64,000 nucleotides of DNA, taken from contig NW_021833026.1 of the NCBI RefSeq assembly GCF_006345805.1, forward strand, positions 434,001 through 498,000. Direction: 5' to 3'. Under the pieces are notes generated by a model, which made no database searches, was not told the DNA's origin, and worked only from the letters and a program-made list of their open reading frames with translations. The DNA is from Octopus sinensis (taxonomy: Eukaryota). The position numbers were made by a program, and so were the translations under genes. This document shows, one piece after another, positions 50,311-63,381 of the stretch; within the stretch, counting starts at the first letter, position 1; every line of letters starts with the position of its first letter.

Positions 50311-50653
50311 CTTTAAATAAATTTTAAGCGCGCAAGATTCTTTTAATCGGTTAGAGAAGAATATTTTTAGAGAAGAATACTGAATTATTAAAAAAATTCA
50401 CGATTTTTGACTTAAATTTATTAAAAAGGAAAACGGGCAATAAATTAACTAATTGTTTTTTAAATTGATTTTGATCTAAATCTGCCTTATAAAACTTCAG
50501 TTTTGAGGGAACTAACACTACCATAAAGCTGTAGTTATTGTATAATCTCGAATTTGTCATAATTTACAAATTGTCTCGTTACTTTGTTGGTATAAAGGCA
50601 ACAAAAATAATAAAAAAATTTAAAAATACAATAATCTTCCTAATAATGTCATT

Positions 50654-53025
50654 TTAAACACGCCGTGCACCCACTCGTCGAATCTTTTTCTCCGTTACAA
50701 GATTCTCTGTAACTTCTTTCCGAGGGGGAAATTTCATTTCAATAAACGTTTCATCGGGAGATATCTTAACATCAGATAAATCCCATCCGTAGCTTTCACT
50801 CTGCACATTTAAGGTCCCCTCCACTGACTCCTCTTGTAAGGGAGACGTAACCAAATACTCACAACCAGTATCTGGACAATGAGTGTCACTCACAACTTCT
50901 TTATTAGGCACATCCCCCTAATATATTCCTATACACCACACACCTCTTCTGTCTCCTCCCAACACTCACTCAAATCAGTCCCCTTCAACCGTTTGGTAAA
51001 CATATCCGTCACCATATCAACCCATTTAACCCCCATTAGAACACTGTTCTGATGATCTTCCTTAGCCGTTGTATCTAAAATATATCTCCCACTAATCAAC
51101 CCCAATCATCAGCCAGACGATCACACTCAGAAGTTTCTTTCATTTTTAAAAGATATTCATCCAATGTACTTATTGCCTGGTCAGCACACACTCCTAACCT
51201 GATCCCGGACTAACTTGACTGGATCGACAAGACAGTGGCACAGGGCGGGCATCACTCGTGTGGCTATGTCTGTCCGGAGATAGTACTTCATAGTCCACGC
51301 CAGTGACATGATTCCTGCCTCACGACTGCCGGGAAATGAGTCCATCATTGCCCGAATAAACATGGGAATCAACACACTCTGTCGACTCTTCACATCCAAA
51401 TAAGGCGATATCTTGCTCACACAAATGGCACAATTCGCCCTAATGCCCGGCACGAGGTCATTCTGCTGAAGACTACCCAGAGTGGTCAACAGTCCCTTCA
51501 AGTTGGTTTTATTCAAATGGACTGCAAAGTGTTCAAATGACTAAATGTTAGTCACCACACAACTTTGACGGTTATCTCTCTTATACGAGGCTCGTTATCG
51601 TGGAAACCCTGACAAAGCGCGGGAAATATTTCTTGATTGACTACTTTGGAGTCCAATTTCGGGGAGTACTCCTCAGCCTAGAAATGTCCCCAACAAATCA
51701 CACCCTCGATACATTTTATGACGTACAAATCGATTGTCATTTTAAGAAATCTAATTATGGCGGGAACCACAATTTGGCGGTATTTCTCTGCTGAGAATGT
51801 TCCAGAAATCTATATTTTGCATCAACCCGATTCAACCTCGAAAAACAAATTGATGACACAAATTTCTACTTTGCAGAACTCAACAACGTCAAGTAGGGCG
51901 GGAAATATTTTATACTGACACACAGACACGGGGAACTTGGCTTTCTCAAGTTTTTGAAAAAAGTCCTTTTTCTCAGAATCACCTCTAATCTGGAATATTG
52001 CCACAAAATACCAATATTTCGTCAAGAAAGTCAATCTCTCGGACGTACGGGCAGTCCAGGAAGTGATTTGACTGAGTTAATGCACACAACACTTCTCCCG
52101 CCCTTCTTTTCCCGCCTTTTTCTAAACAAACGAGAATATCAAAGTCACGTTGCAATTTGGCGGGAAACTAATGTCTCAAAATTTAAAGGACCTTGTTCAA
52201 AATATACAACTCAGCCAATTCTCGCACACTTTTCTCGTTATAAATTTCCCACAACAAAACTCCCGCGCAAAATAAATCAATCGAACTAAAATAAATGGCG
52301 CCAAATTACCTTTTAATTATTTTATTTTTAATTTCCCGCGGAAAAGTATTGATTTTTAAACTTTTCCCTCCAAGATCAATTACTCGTGTCGACTCGTTGA
52401 CGTGTGTCATATACTCAAGCCCGCCAATTCTCCAGTCCCCAGCATTGTTGACAAATACACAGTCCAGACAGACGTTGTTGTGTGCCAAAAGGTGAGTCTC
52501 GTTCAAAAAAATCAACAAATTCTGTAAAATGATTAAAAATTTGAATAATACAATAAGGCGGGAAAAACCACAGCAAATAAAGTTATTTAAGTGAGCCCGA
52601 TCGAGTTGTCGAATATACTGCTTTAATGGCACAACAAACTCAGTAACGACATATATTTTATTATCAGACTAAAAAACAAATAAAAAATTAATTATAATTT
52701 ATTAAAATATAAAATATGAATTACCTCCATTCCTTCATTGTAGTTCAGAATAGACGGGTGTCTCAAAGTCTTCATTTTCTCAACACTGAGCTGCGCCTTA
52801 TCCCTCTAGTTGGTAAAGACGAGAATGACCATTTCGGGAGTGAGTTTGTTCAGGTGACAAATAAAAATGGATACGTCTTCTTTCGATGTCTACCTGAGGA
52901 CATTTGGATAGTACTTTATGGAGTCCTTTATGAAGTGAAAACATTTGGCTTTCATTGTCGTAAATTTGTTCTTGGATTTCATAGTTTATTAATCTGTTTG
53001 ATTTCCAGAACAAAGAAGACCACAT
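50654..53025 (-). CDS. SCYL1: SCYL1-like pseudokinase/HEAT protein, copy 1 (apparent 1-nt deletions near 51715-51735)
   Basis: KMKTLRHPSILNY, AHNNVCLDCVFVNNAGDWRIGG, IRANCAICVSKI..DSFPGSREAG..VDPVKLVRDQ and C-terminal VGARRV. Confidence 0.9.
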
Positions 53026-53352
53026 AACAAGTTCAAAATTTAAAATATTATTTTAATTATATAAAACAACTTTATTGAAATTTCATCCCATTCTTAATTA
53101 ATCTAATTTAATTTTCTAAAGAGAAAATTAATGCAGTTTTTTGTAAATTGTGACTATTTAATATCCACCTAATAGTAGTCTCAAAGAAGAGAAACAAACC
53201 AAAATCATTCCTCTCCTTCAAAACAACTCAATAGACTCAAAACCACCACTTAAATAGTCACATATAAACATATGTAATACCACAACTTATTAGCCCATCC
53301 AAATACACTAAATTGTAACTACTGGCATAATATGAACAAAATTAGAGTTAAC

Positions 53353-54367
53353 TCAGAATCCTCTCTGATGATAGTCCATATACGATGAGGAAGGGTACTC
53401 ATTATTGTACCCATACATCATTTGCTGTCCAGGAGATGTCTGCTTCTTTGAACAGGCTGATGAGTAGCTCCATGCTTCATCACGTTCTTCTTAAACCGAA
53501 TTCGCTTATTTCCAAACCAATTAGACACCTGCACTATCCCACCCACACTCACCTGGGACACTGAAATACCACATTTCTTGGACAAGGCGAGCTTGGCCTC
53601 CTCATCTGGGTAAGGATTGGTCAGATTGCTGTGGAAGTACTCATTCAACACATCTGTCGCCTCCTTGTTGAAGTTCCGCCGCTTACGTCTTGGAATGACA
53701 GGCCGGGCAAACCTCGCGTCGAGTGTCCGCGAACAAAAAACCATCAAAGCCTCACAAATCTGCTGTTTCAACTGCATTTCGATCGGCAAAAAAAATTTCT
53801 GAACTTTCGACACAAACGACTGAATTTCCTCCGCAGAAATAGGCCGGAGATTGCTCTGTTCCGTCAAAAGTGAAACCACGGCACCACAAAAACTTTCCCG
53901 CCCCTTCGATACAAAAAATGACCAACTTGGTTATATTTCCCAAGCTCACTACGATAAATCGTCTTGAGGATCTCCACAAGGTTGAAATACTCGGGGTTCT
54001 CGATCGGAGGCTCGTAGGAGACTGTTTCCTGGCAGAAGGAGGACTCGGTTGGGGATATTATCCCTTTGGCCAACAGCATTCCATCTAGACGGAGGAGTTC
54101 ACTCACATTCGGGTCCCCGGAGTCCTCGATTGGTGGTTCTTCTCTCCTTTCTGGGTTGTCCGAATAGTCTAGAATGAATGAGGAGGTAATTAGTGCTGTC
54201 AGCAGGCTACAATCGTTAAATAGGACTCGTAATGGGGCCATTGATTAGTAGTAATTACCAATATTTTTTTTATTTCAACGAATAGTTCGAACAGATATGG
54301 CTTGTATGGGTGTCTGGAGAGTGAGTCGTAGCTAAATGGTGATTTGGATAATAAACCGTGTCTGTCT
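53353..54367 (-). pseudogene. PBX: PBX copy 1, 5'-truncated by the duplication junction, with a frameshift near 53450
   Basis: Same sequence as copy 2 but lacks the start and first exon; CTTCTTTGAAC versus CTTCTTCTGAAC shifts the C-terminus. Confidence 0.7.
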
Positions 54368-54479
54368 CACAAGCTGATACGGACGGCTTCATTCTCCAGG
54401 AGCAAACCATTAGACGCCAGTGGGAGATCAACGATGCCAACTGCATCTGATCGGCTTATTATATAAGTTTTAAGGTCAA

Positions 54480-55730
54480 AGTTAAAATATTTTGGTTGGA
54501 TTTTTTCGACCGAGTTTTTTATTATAACCAAGATCACCGTCCAAAACATAGAACTAATGAATCGGGTGATTCCGGCTTCTCTGAGGAGGGTCCTCATCTT
54601 TGCCCGGTGCTGCTTTCTTGTCCCGACACAATTTCTATGAGGGCGCGGTAGTGGAATTTTAGGATTTTTAGCCCCATTGTTTCTTCCTAAGATTTCTTTA
54701 AATGAGGCGATAGATAGATGTTCATTAGGTCCTTTTAGTGCTTTCCAAAATCTTCTTGAGTTTTTTGATTTTTTCGCGGTTCGTTTCACTGACAAACCCT
54801 CCCCACGCCCCACAAGCATAACTAATTGAGGGTTCGATGTATTGCCGGTAGATTGATTGGCGTGTGGGGAAACTGATTTATTGTTTGTATTTTGGAGAAA
54901 CACTTTTAAGATGTTCAGTTTCTTCATGCAGCTAGTTGTAACATTTTCAACTTGTTGGGAAACACATATGACTACCGTAAGTCACGGATTTTTTGAAGGG
55001 GATTTCCATGTTGTTAGATATAAATTCACCACCGTTTTCCCAAGCTTCCTTGCTGAAGTCAGAAGCGTTGTGACTGATTTTTCAGAACTCGTTGATAGTC
55101 GATTTATCGAAAGCCAACATTCGAGATTGTGGAGGTAGTTCTGCAGTTTTGAACTTGCCGTGTTAACCTCACGGCTCCGAGTAGCAATCACAATATCGTC
55201 AGCGTATGATAGTACGATTGAGTCTTTGTCGTTTGGCAGCGGGAGGTCCGATAAGAATAAGTTAAAAAGAGCTGGCGAAAGGGGTGAGCCTTGAGGGACT
55301 CCGTTTGGAAAATATCTTGACATCGATCTTGTATTGTTTTGTTGGATCCTGCCTTTTCGGCCGCTGAGGAAGTTAGCTAGCCACTTTTTCAGTTTTGGGT
55401 GAATTTCGCTAAAGTATTTTCCTGGTCAGTATTTTCCTGGGAACGGAGTCAAAAGCCTTATTGATATCTACTGAGCATATAACTGTTTTTTGGTTATTTG
55501 GCAGATAGGGCACCTGAGATGAAGTTCGTCAAAGTGACAAGGTGTGAAGTGGTTGATTTACCACATTTAAATCCATGTTGAAAATCCAAATCCTGGAGAT
55601 ATTGTTTGATTTGGTTGAGTATAAGTTTTTTCAGAACTTTTGATAGGACACAGAGGAGAGATATTGGCCTGTAGGACTCCGGGTTGTCTTTTGGTCTCCC
55701 TGGTTTCGGAATAGGACGAATGTGTGCCAC
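54480..55730 (-). mobile_element. Non-LTR RT relic, copy 2
   Basis: Duplicate of 46560-47815. Confidence 0.88.
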
Positions 55731-56044
55731 CGAGTTTTTTTGGTTTTATTATTTGTAGTTTAAATTAGTTATATGGGTGTATTGTTAGTAACATTTTATT
55801 TTAGGAAAAAAAATAGTTAGATTAATTTTAAATAGGACAAATATTTTTGGTTCCAAGAAATTAGATTATCGAAATTTAAGTTAAAAATTCCTCAGGGTTT
55901 TTAGCTATTTTTAGATTCATTTGAATGCAGGTTTTTTTAATTTTAAATCGAAATTTTTCAATTTATTTGTTAGTTTATTTTTATAATACTTAGTTTTTAT
56001 TATTACTTATTTTTGGTGTTTAAAATAAAATATTTAATTTTCAT

Positions 56045-57358
56045 ATGCAATCATATATTCGACCGATGACACATTTATTTCTATTTTTCGCATTTGTGAT
56101 TAGTGAAAACAGTACTTTCAAATTCGTTAGCATTGTAACTCTATAAGATCTAACAATTTTAAAAGGTATATCGACATGGGGCTCGCAGTCCCGCCTATTA
56201 TTTCCCTACAAATGTACATAAACATCACTGGACAAACGGCGTGTATCAGCTAACACAAGTTTAATATTTCTTTGGATGTATAATCAATCAATTTTAGAGG
56301 GGTGTTGAAATGCAGTATAATCTGGGTCAATACCTAAGAAGTCGATATCCATTTTTTGAAAGATATTTTAAAAAAGACATAAAGATCCTATCATCTGACA
56401 GTGATCGGGCAATAAGCAGTGCAATGGCCACTCTGGAAGGCCTTTTTCCTACTCCTAAAACTGATATCATGGATTTTAAAACCCCGTGGAGTCCAATTCC
56501 AGTCCGCACAATTCCGTTTAACTTGGATTATGTAATGGATTTGTATATTTTAGATTATTAGTTTCGAAGCCTACTGTCCTGCATATAAAGCTATGTTAAA
56601 AAATCTTGACCCAGATTTGAACAAATTATATAATGAATACAAAGTAATGTTCAATATATATTAAAAAGGATTTCCGAATTCAACTTTCAACATTGACGGG
56701 ATTCAAAAATTTTACTTTAGTTAATTTCCTTCAGACTTACGATAATCTTATATGCGATGTAATTTTGATTTTTAAAATTGGGTAGAAAGCTGAAAATCTT
56801 ACACTTCCGGGTTGGTGTTCTGAGTGTGTGATGAACAAGATGGAAAATCTTACGAATAGGATTTGCAGACTTGTTTATAGTAATAGATCAATGATCAGGC
56901 TGAAAGGAGGTCAGAATTTTAAATATTCATTTCAAGGAGAACTTTGGAAGACAATAATCGAGTCAATGGAAAGAATTATTCACAACAATGAGACTAGGCC
57001 ACAGAAGGCAATGATGTATTCTGGTGTATGTTATTCAAATAATTCACATTAGCATGATTCCACCTTATGGGCTCTTTTGGGATCGATAAATGTCTTGGAG
57101 ATTGTTCAAACCAATTTTGCATCTTGTCTCCTTGTCGAGTTACATTCTATGAACGGACAGTGGTACGTAAAGCTTATTTTTCGACAGAACGAGTCCGACA
57201 TAAAGATAATCAAATTGCCTGGTTGTTTGAATTTTTCATATTTTACAAATTTTAAAGGTTGTGAAGAAATGTGCAGATTGAACCAATTTAAAAATTTTCT
57301 TAGTGACGTTATCCCGGAAAATATCGTCGAAGAATGTAGAGATGTATCTACTCATTAA
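56045..57358 (+). CDS. Histidine acid phosphatase, copy 2
   Basis: Nearly identical to 48135-49448; visible S-to-F difference in IPSN/IPFN. Confidence 0.92.
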
Positions 57359-58567
57359 TTATTAATATAACTCTAACATTACTTACACTTTGTCATTTCC
57401 GAGATTTCGATATTCTTTGTTGCTTGTCTTTACGAGTTTGATTGTGAACGATTTTTGTTTGTTATATAAAACTGTTTAGGGAAATTACAGTCAATTAAAA
57501 AAACAGGGATATACGTGGTTGGAACCGTGTTTCACAATTTCATAAATTACCAATGATGAAACAAATAAAATTATAAGGACTGTATTAAAATATTCTAACC
57601 CGTAAGAAGATCGTACTTGGACATTTTTTCCCTTCCTACTGTGGTCAAATGATCAAGGCATGTGAGCCTGGAATAAATTCTTTGTATTTAAACGAGTTTT
57701 ACATCACATTGCTGTTGACTTCTGCTCTCCTTTTATTATTTGTATCTTGGTTAAAAGCGTCTTATCTGAGGATGATGTCATGCCTATTCGGCAATAAGTA
57801 TTTTCTTTTTGGGTATAACTACTAATTTTCTAAAAATAAAACACTCACAGATTTGCGCGTCTATTTATACTTTTATTGTGATGGTTATTAGCTACGAAAC
57901 AAAATTAAGGATTGCTAAATTGACATTGAAGAAGAGATTATTTGAAAGACAGATAATCAAAAAATAAAAGACTAGTAATGGCATGATTTCGCGAATATCA
58001 AAACGATGGTATCTTTTCTTGAACAATGACCTATAAACATCAATGAAAATTCAATGCTTTATTGTGAGAAATTTAAACTTGGAACTAAGAAAGGATACGG
58101 TCCGAATATCTAGTCCTTCATAAAGAAAATCGCTTTATATGTGGATTCAAATATTGGTTTTAACACTTTCGAAATTTCAAATGTCTGGCTTGAAAAATTT
58201 TTTGACCAGGGCTTTAAATAATTTTTAAGCGCGCAAGATTCTTTTAATCGGTTAGAGAAGAATATTTTTAGAGAAGAATAGAGAAGAATACTGAATTATT
58301 AAAAAAATTTCACGATTTTTGACTTAAATTTATTAAAAAGGAAAACGGGCAATAAATTAACTAATTGTTTTTTTAAATTGATTTTGATCTAAATCTGCCT
58401 TATAAAACTTCAGTTTTGAGGGAACTAACACTACCAATAAAGCTGTAGTTATTGTATAATCTCGAATTTGTCATAATTTACAAATTGTCTCGTTACTTTG
58501 TTGGTATAAAGGCAACAAAAATAATAAAAAAATTTAAAAATACAATAATCTTCCTAATAATGTCATT

Positions 58568-60941
58568 TTAAACACGCCGTGCACCCACTCGTCGAATCTT
58601 TTTCTCCGTTACAAGATTCTCTGTAACTTCTTTCCGAGGGGGAAATTTCATTTCAATAAACGTTTCATCGGGAGATATCTTAACATCAGATAAATCCCAT
58701 CCGTAGCTTTCACTCTGCACATTTAAGGTCCCCTCCACTGACTCCTCTTGTAAGGGAGACGTAACCAAATACTCACAACCAGTATCTGGACAATGAGTGT
58801 CACTCACAACTTCTTTATTAGGCACATCCCCCTAATATATTCCTATACACCACACACCTCTTCTGTCTCCTCCCAACACTCACTCAAATCAGTCCCCTTC
58901 AACCGTTTTGTAAACATATCCGTCACCATATCAACCCATTTAACCCCCATTAGAACACTGTTCTGATGATCTTCCTTAGCCGTTGTATCTAAAATATATC
59001 TCCCACTAATCAACCCCAATCATCAGCCAGGCGATCACACTCAGAAGTTTCTTTCATTTTTAGAAGATATTCCTCCAATGTACTTATTGCCTGGTCAGCA
59101 CACACTCCTAACCTGATCCCGGACTAACTTGACTGGATCGACGAGACAGTGGCACAGGGCGGGCATCACTCGTGTGGCTATGTCTGTCCGGAGATAGTAC
59201 TTCATAGTCCACGCCAGTGACATGATTCCTGCCTCACGACTGCCGGGAAATGAGTCCATCATTGCCCGAATAAACATGGGAATCAACACACTCTGGCGAC
59301 TCTTCACATCCAAATAAGGCGATATCTTGCTCACACAAATGGCACAATTCGCCCTAATGCCCGGCACGAGGTCATTCTGCTGAAGACTACCCAGAGTGGT
59401 CAACAGTCCCTTCAAGTTGGTTTTATTCAAATGGACTGCAAAGTGTTCAAATGACTAAATGTTAGTCACCACACAACTTTGACGGTTATCTCTCTTATAC
59501 GAGGCTCGTTATCGTGGAAACCCTGACAAAGCGCGGGAAATATTTCTTGATTGACTACTTTGGAGTCCAATTTCGGGGAGTACTCCTCAGCCTAGAAATG
59601 TCCCCAACAAATCACACCCTCGATAACATTTTATGACGTACAAATCGATTTGTCATTTTAAGAAATCTAATTATGGCGGGAACCACAATTTGGCGGTATT
59701 TCTCTGCTGAGAATGTTCCAGAAATCTATATTTTGCATCAACCCGATTCAACCTCGAAAAACAAATTGATGACACAAATTTCTACTTTGCAGAACTCAAC
59801 AACGTCAAGTAGGGCGGGAAATATTTTATACTGACACACAGACACGGGGAACTTGGCTTTCTCAAGTTTTTGAAAAAAGTCCTTTTTCTCAGAATCACCT
59901 CTAATCTGGAATATTGCCACAAAATACCAATATTTCGTCAAGAAAGTCAATCTCTCGGACGTACGGGCAGTCCAAAAAGTGATTTGACTGAGTTAATGCA
60001 CACAACACTTCTCCCGCCCTTCTTTTCCCGCCTTTTTCTAAACAAACGAGAATATCAAAGTCACGTTGCAATTTGGCGGGAAACTAATGTCTCAAAATTT
60101 AAAGGACCTTGTTCAAAGTATACAACTCAGCCAATTCTCGCACACTTTTCTCGTTATAAATTTCCCACAGCAAAATTCCCGCGCAAAATAAATCAATCGA
60201 ACTAAAATAAATGGCGCCAAATTACCTTTTAATTATTTTATTTTTAATTTCCCGCGGAAAAGTATTGATTTTTAAACTTTTCCCTCCAAGATCAATTACT
60301 CGTGTCGACTCGTTGACGTGTGTCATATACTCAAGCCCGCCAATTCTCCAGTCCCCAGCATTGTTGACAAATACACAGTCCAGACAGACGTTGTTGTGTG
60401 CCAAAAGGTGAGTCTCGTTCAAAAAAATCAACAAATTCTGTAAAATGATTAAAAATTTGAATAATACAATAAGGCGGGAAAAACCACAGCAAATAAAGTT
60501 ATTTAAGTGAGCCCGATCGAGGTGTCGAATATACTGCTTTAATGGCACAACAAACTCAGTAACGACATATATTTTATTATCAGACTAAAAAACAAATAAA
60601 AAATTAATTATAATTTATTAAAAATAAAATATGAATTACCTCCATTCCTTCATTGTAGTTCAGAATAGACGGGTGTCTCAAAGTCTTCATTTTCTCAACA
60701 CTGAGCTGCGCCTTATCCCTCTAGTTGGTAAAGAACGAGAATGACCATTTCGGGAGGAGTTTGTTCAGGTGACAAATAAAAATGGATACGTCTTCTTTCG
60801 ATGTCTAACCTGAGGACATTTGGATAGTACTTTATGGAGTCCTTTATGAAGTGAAAACATTTGGCTTTCATTGTCGTAAATTTGTTCTTGGATTTCATAG
60901 TTTATTAATCTGTTTGATTTCCAGAACAAAGAAGACCACAT
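58568..60941 (-). CDS. SCYL1: SCYL1-like, copy 2 (apparent 1-nt deletion near 60757)
   Basis: Duplicate of 50654-53025. Confidence 0.88.
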
Positions 60942-61267
60942 AACAAGTTCAAAATTTTAAATATTATTTTAATTATATAAAACAACTTTATTGAAATTTC
61001 ATCCCATTCTTAATTAATCTAATTTTATTTTCTAAAGAGAAAATTAATGCAGTTTTTTGTAAATTGTGACTATTTAATATCCACCTAATTAGTCTCAAAG
61101 AAGAGAAACAAACCAAAATCATTCCTCTTCCTTCAAAACAACTCAATAGACTCAAAACCACCACTTAAATAGTCACATATAAACATATGTAATACCACAA
61201 CTTATTAGCCCATCCAAATACACTAAATTGTAACTACTGGCATAATATGAACAAAATTAGAGTTAAC

Positions 61268-62401
61268 TCAGAATCCTCTCTGATGATAGTCCATATACGA
61301 TGAGGAAGGGTACTCATTATTGTACCCATACATCATTTGCTGTCCAGGAGATGTCTGCTTCTTCTGAACAGGCTGATGAGTAGCTCCATGCTTCATCACG
61401 TTCTTCTTAAACCGAATTCGCTTATTTCCAAACCAATTAGACACCTGCACTATCCCACCCACACTCACCTGTGACACTGAAATACCACATTTCTTGGACA
61501 AGGCGAGCTTGGCCTCCTCATCTGGGTAAGGATTGGTCAGATTGCTGTGGAAGTACTCATTCAACACATCTGTCGCCTCCTTGTTGAAGTTCCGCCGCTT
61601 ACGTCTTGGAATGACAGGCCGGGCAAACCTCGCGTCGAGTGTCCGCGAACAAAAAACCATCAAAGCCTCACAAATCTGCTGTTTCAACTGCATTTCGATC
61701 GGCAAAAAAAATTTCTGAACTTTCGACACAAACGACTGAATTTCCTCCGCAGAAATAGGCCGGAGATTGCTCTGTTCCGTCAAAAGTGAAACCACGGCAC
61801 CACAAAAACTTTCCCGCCCCTTCGATACAAAAAATGACCCAACTTGGTTATATTTCCCAAGCTCACTACGATAAATCGTCTTGAGGATCTCCACAAGGTT
61901 GAAATACTCGGGGTTCTCGATCGGAGGCTCGTAGGAGACTGTTTCCTGGCAGAAGGAGGACTCGGTTGGGGATATTATCCCTTTGGCCAACAGCATTCCA
62001 TCTAGACGGAGGAGTTCACTCACATTCGGGTCCCCGGAGTCCTCGATTGGTGGTTCTTCTCTCCTTTCTGGGTTGTCCGAATAGTCTAGAATGAATGAGG
62101 AGGTAATTAGTGCTGTCAGCAGGCTACAATCGTTAAATAGGACTCGTAATGGGGCCATTGATTAGTAGTAATTACCAATATTTTGTTTTATTTCAACGAA
62201 TAGTTCGAACAGATATGGCTTGTATGGGTGTCTGGAGAGTGAGTCATAGCTAAATGTGTGATTTGGGATAATAAACCGAGTCTGTCTCTCGTTGTCGCTC
62301 AATCCTGTGGGGAGGGAGGAGAGAATAAGCTTAATTAGATCATTAAATGTGTTGAATTCGGGGTATTGGAGGTTGTGCTGGGTGGTTCGCCCTGCATCCA
62401 T
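61268..62401 (-). CDS. PBX: PBX/extradenticle TALE homeobox protein, complete copy
   Basis: PBC domain ([46 protein letters not shown]) and TALE homeodomain [43 protein letters not shown]. Confidence 0.95.
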
Positions 62402-62899
62402 TGATTAACAACTTTAAAATTGTTTCAAATAAATTTTATTTATATTAATTAATATAACAATTTAAATATTACGATAAAAATAATTTTTATACAAATATTA
62501 AATGCAAAAAAAGTTGCTTGTAAATGTAATCCAATTACAGTCACTCAATTCAGACTTTTAAATTAAAAATAAATGTATCATAAAATAAGATTAAAAATAA
62601 AAAATCAATAATATTCCACAGCTGGAGTCTATAACCAGGCAACCCAATCTTGATCTCAGCAGGGTATATTTTATGAATGCAAAATACGGGCTACTTACAG
62701 GCTATCGAAACAATGATAGTCGAGAGAGCGGTCTTTTTAGTCTACAGTTCCAGACATATTAAATGGATCATTGACTTGATTACTTGTTTTTTAACAAAAT
62801 AAAAAACGTGGAAATTCAAGTTTTAAATTGTTTAAACAGTCAGTACTTCACAGACAAGGAAAATGTGGTTTTTTAAATCACACTAAACGAGATCTCCTG

Positions 62900-63250
62900 A
62901 AAGATTTGCGTGGACTATTTTCCAATTTTGGATCTATGAATGCACTCTTGATATCTCATTTACAGCAATAAAACTCCCCAGATTCTTGTTTAATACTTGC
63001 TTAAGTAATCTACTCATATTGCTATGACGTTTAACATTTTATTACGACAGCTCTAAACTAGAGATCGAAAGATAATTTTAATATCTAGATTTTTGAAGAA
63101 AGTTATGACACTAACTTATGTTTACTCGTCAATTCAGGATATCTGGACAATCCCTTTTTAAAAACCAATTCTCAAACCAAATAAACCGCACATCGACCCA
63201 CGTTTTTACTGGCATGTCTTTATTCTTTGTATATTTTCAAGGCCTCGAAT
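62900..63250 (+). mobile_element. Possible Harbinger-type nuclease relic
   Basis: CLLVNSGYLDNPFLKT resembles LLGDSGY...PWL.TP; heavily decayed. Confidence 0.25.
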
Positions 63251-63381
63251 CATCAACTCTGTACTGACACTGAAATAGCTGCGAAATTATAGAATTGTAT
63301 TTATTATATATTAAATAGCACATAAATGAACTTTTTGGAAATAACCATGAGTTTAAAAACAAATAGTATTTAAAAACGTAA

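Larger units (their letters stand above)
46442..54368. repeat. Tandem segmental duplication, copy 1 (~7.93 kb)
   Basis: Colinear, high-identity match to 54368-62288; single-base (C) junction overlap at 54368. Confidence 0.95.
54368..62288. repeat. Tandem segmental duplication, copy 2 (~7.92 kb)
   Basis: Colinear with 46442-54368; continues into the unique PBX 5' end. Confidence 0.95.

Noticed and set aside
50654-62401. Reciprocal pseudogenisation (copy 1 keeps SCYL1, copy 2 keeps PBX)
   Set aside because: Both SCYL1 copies carry different single-base deletions, and several PBX indels fall in introns, so sequencing error cannot be separated from biology.
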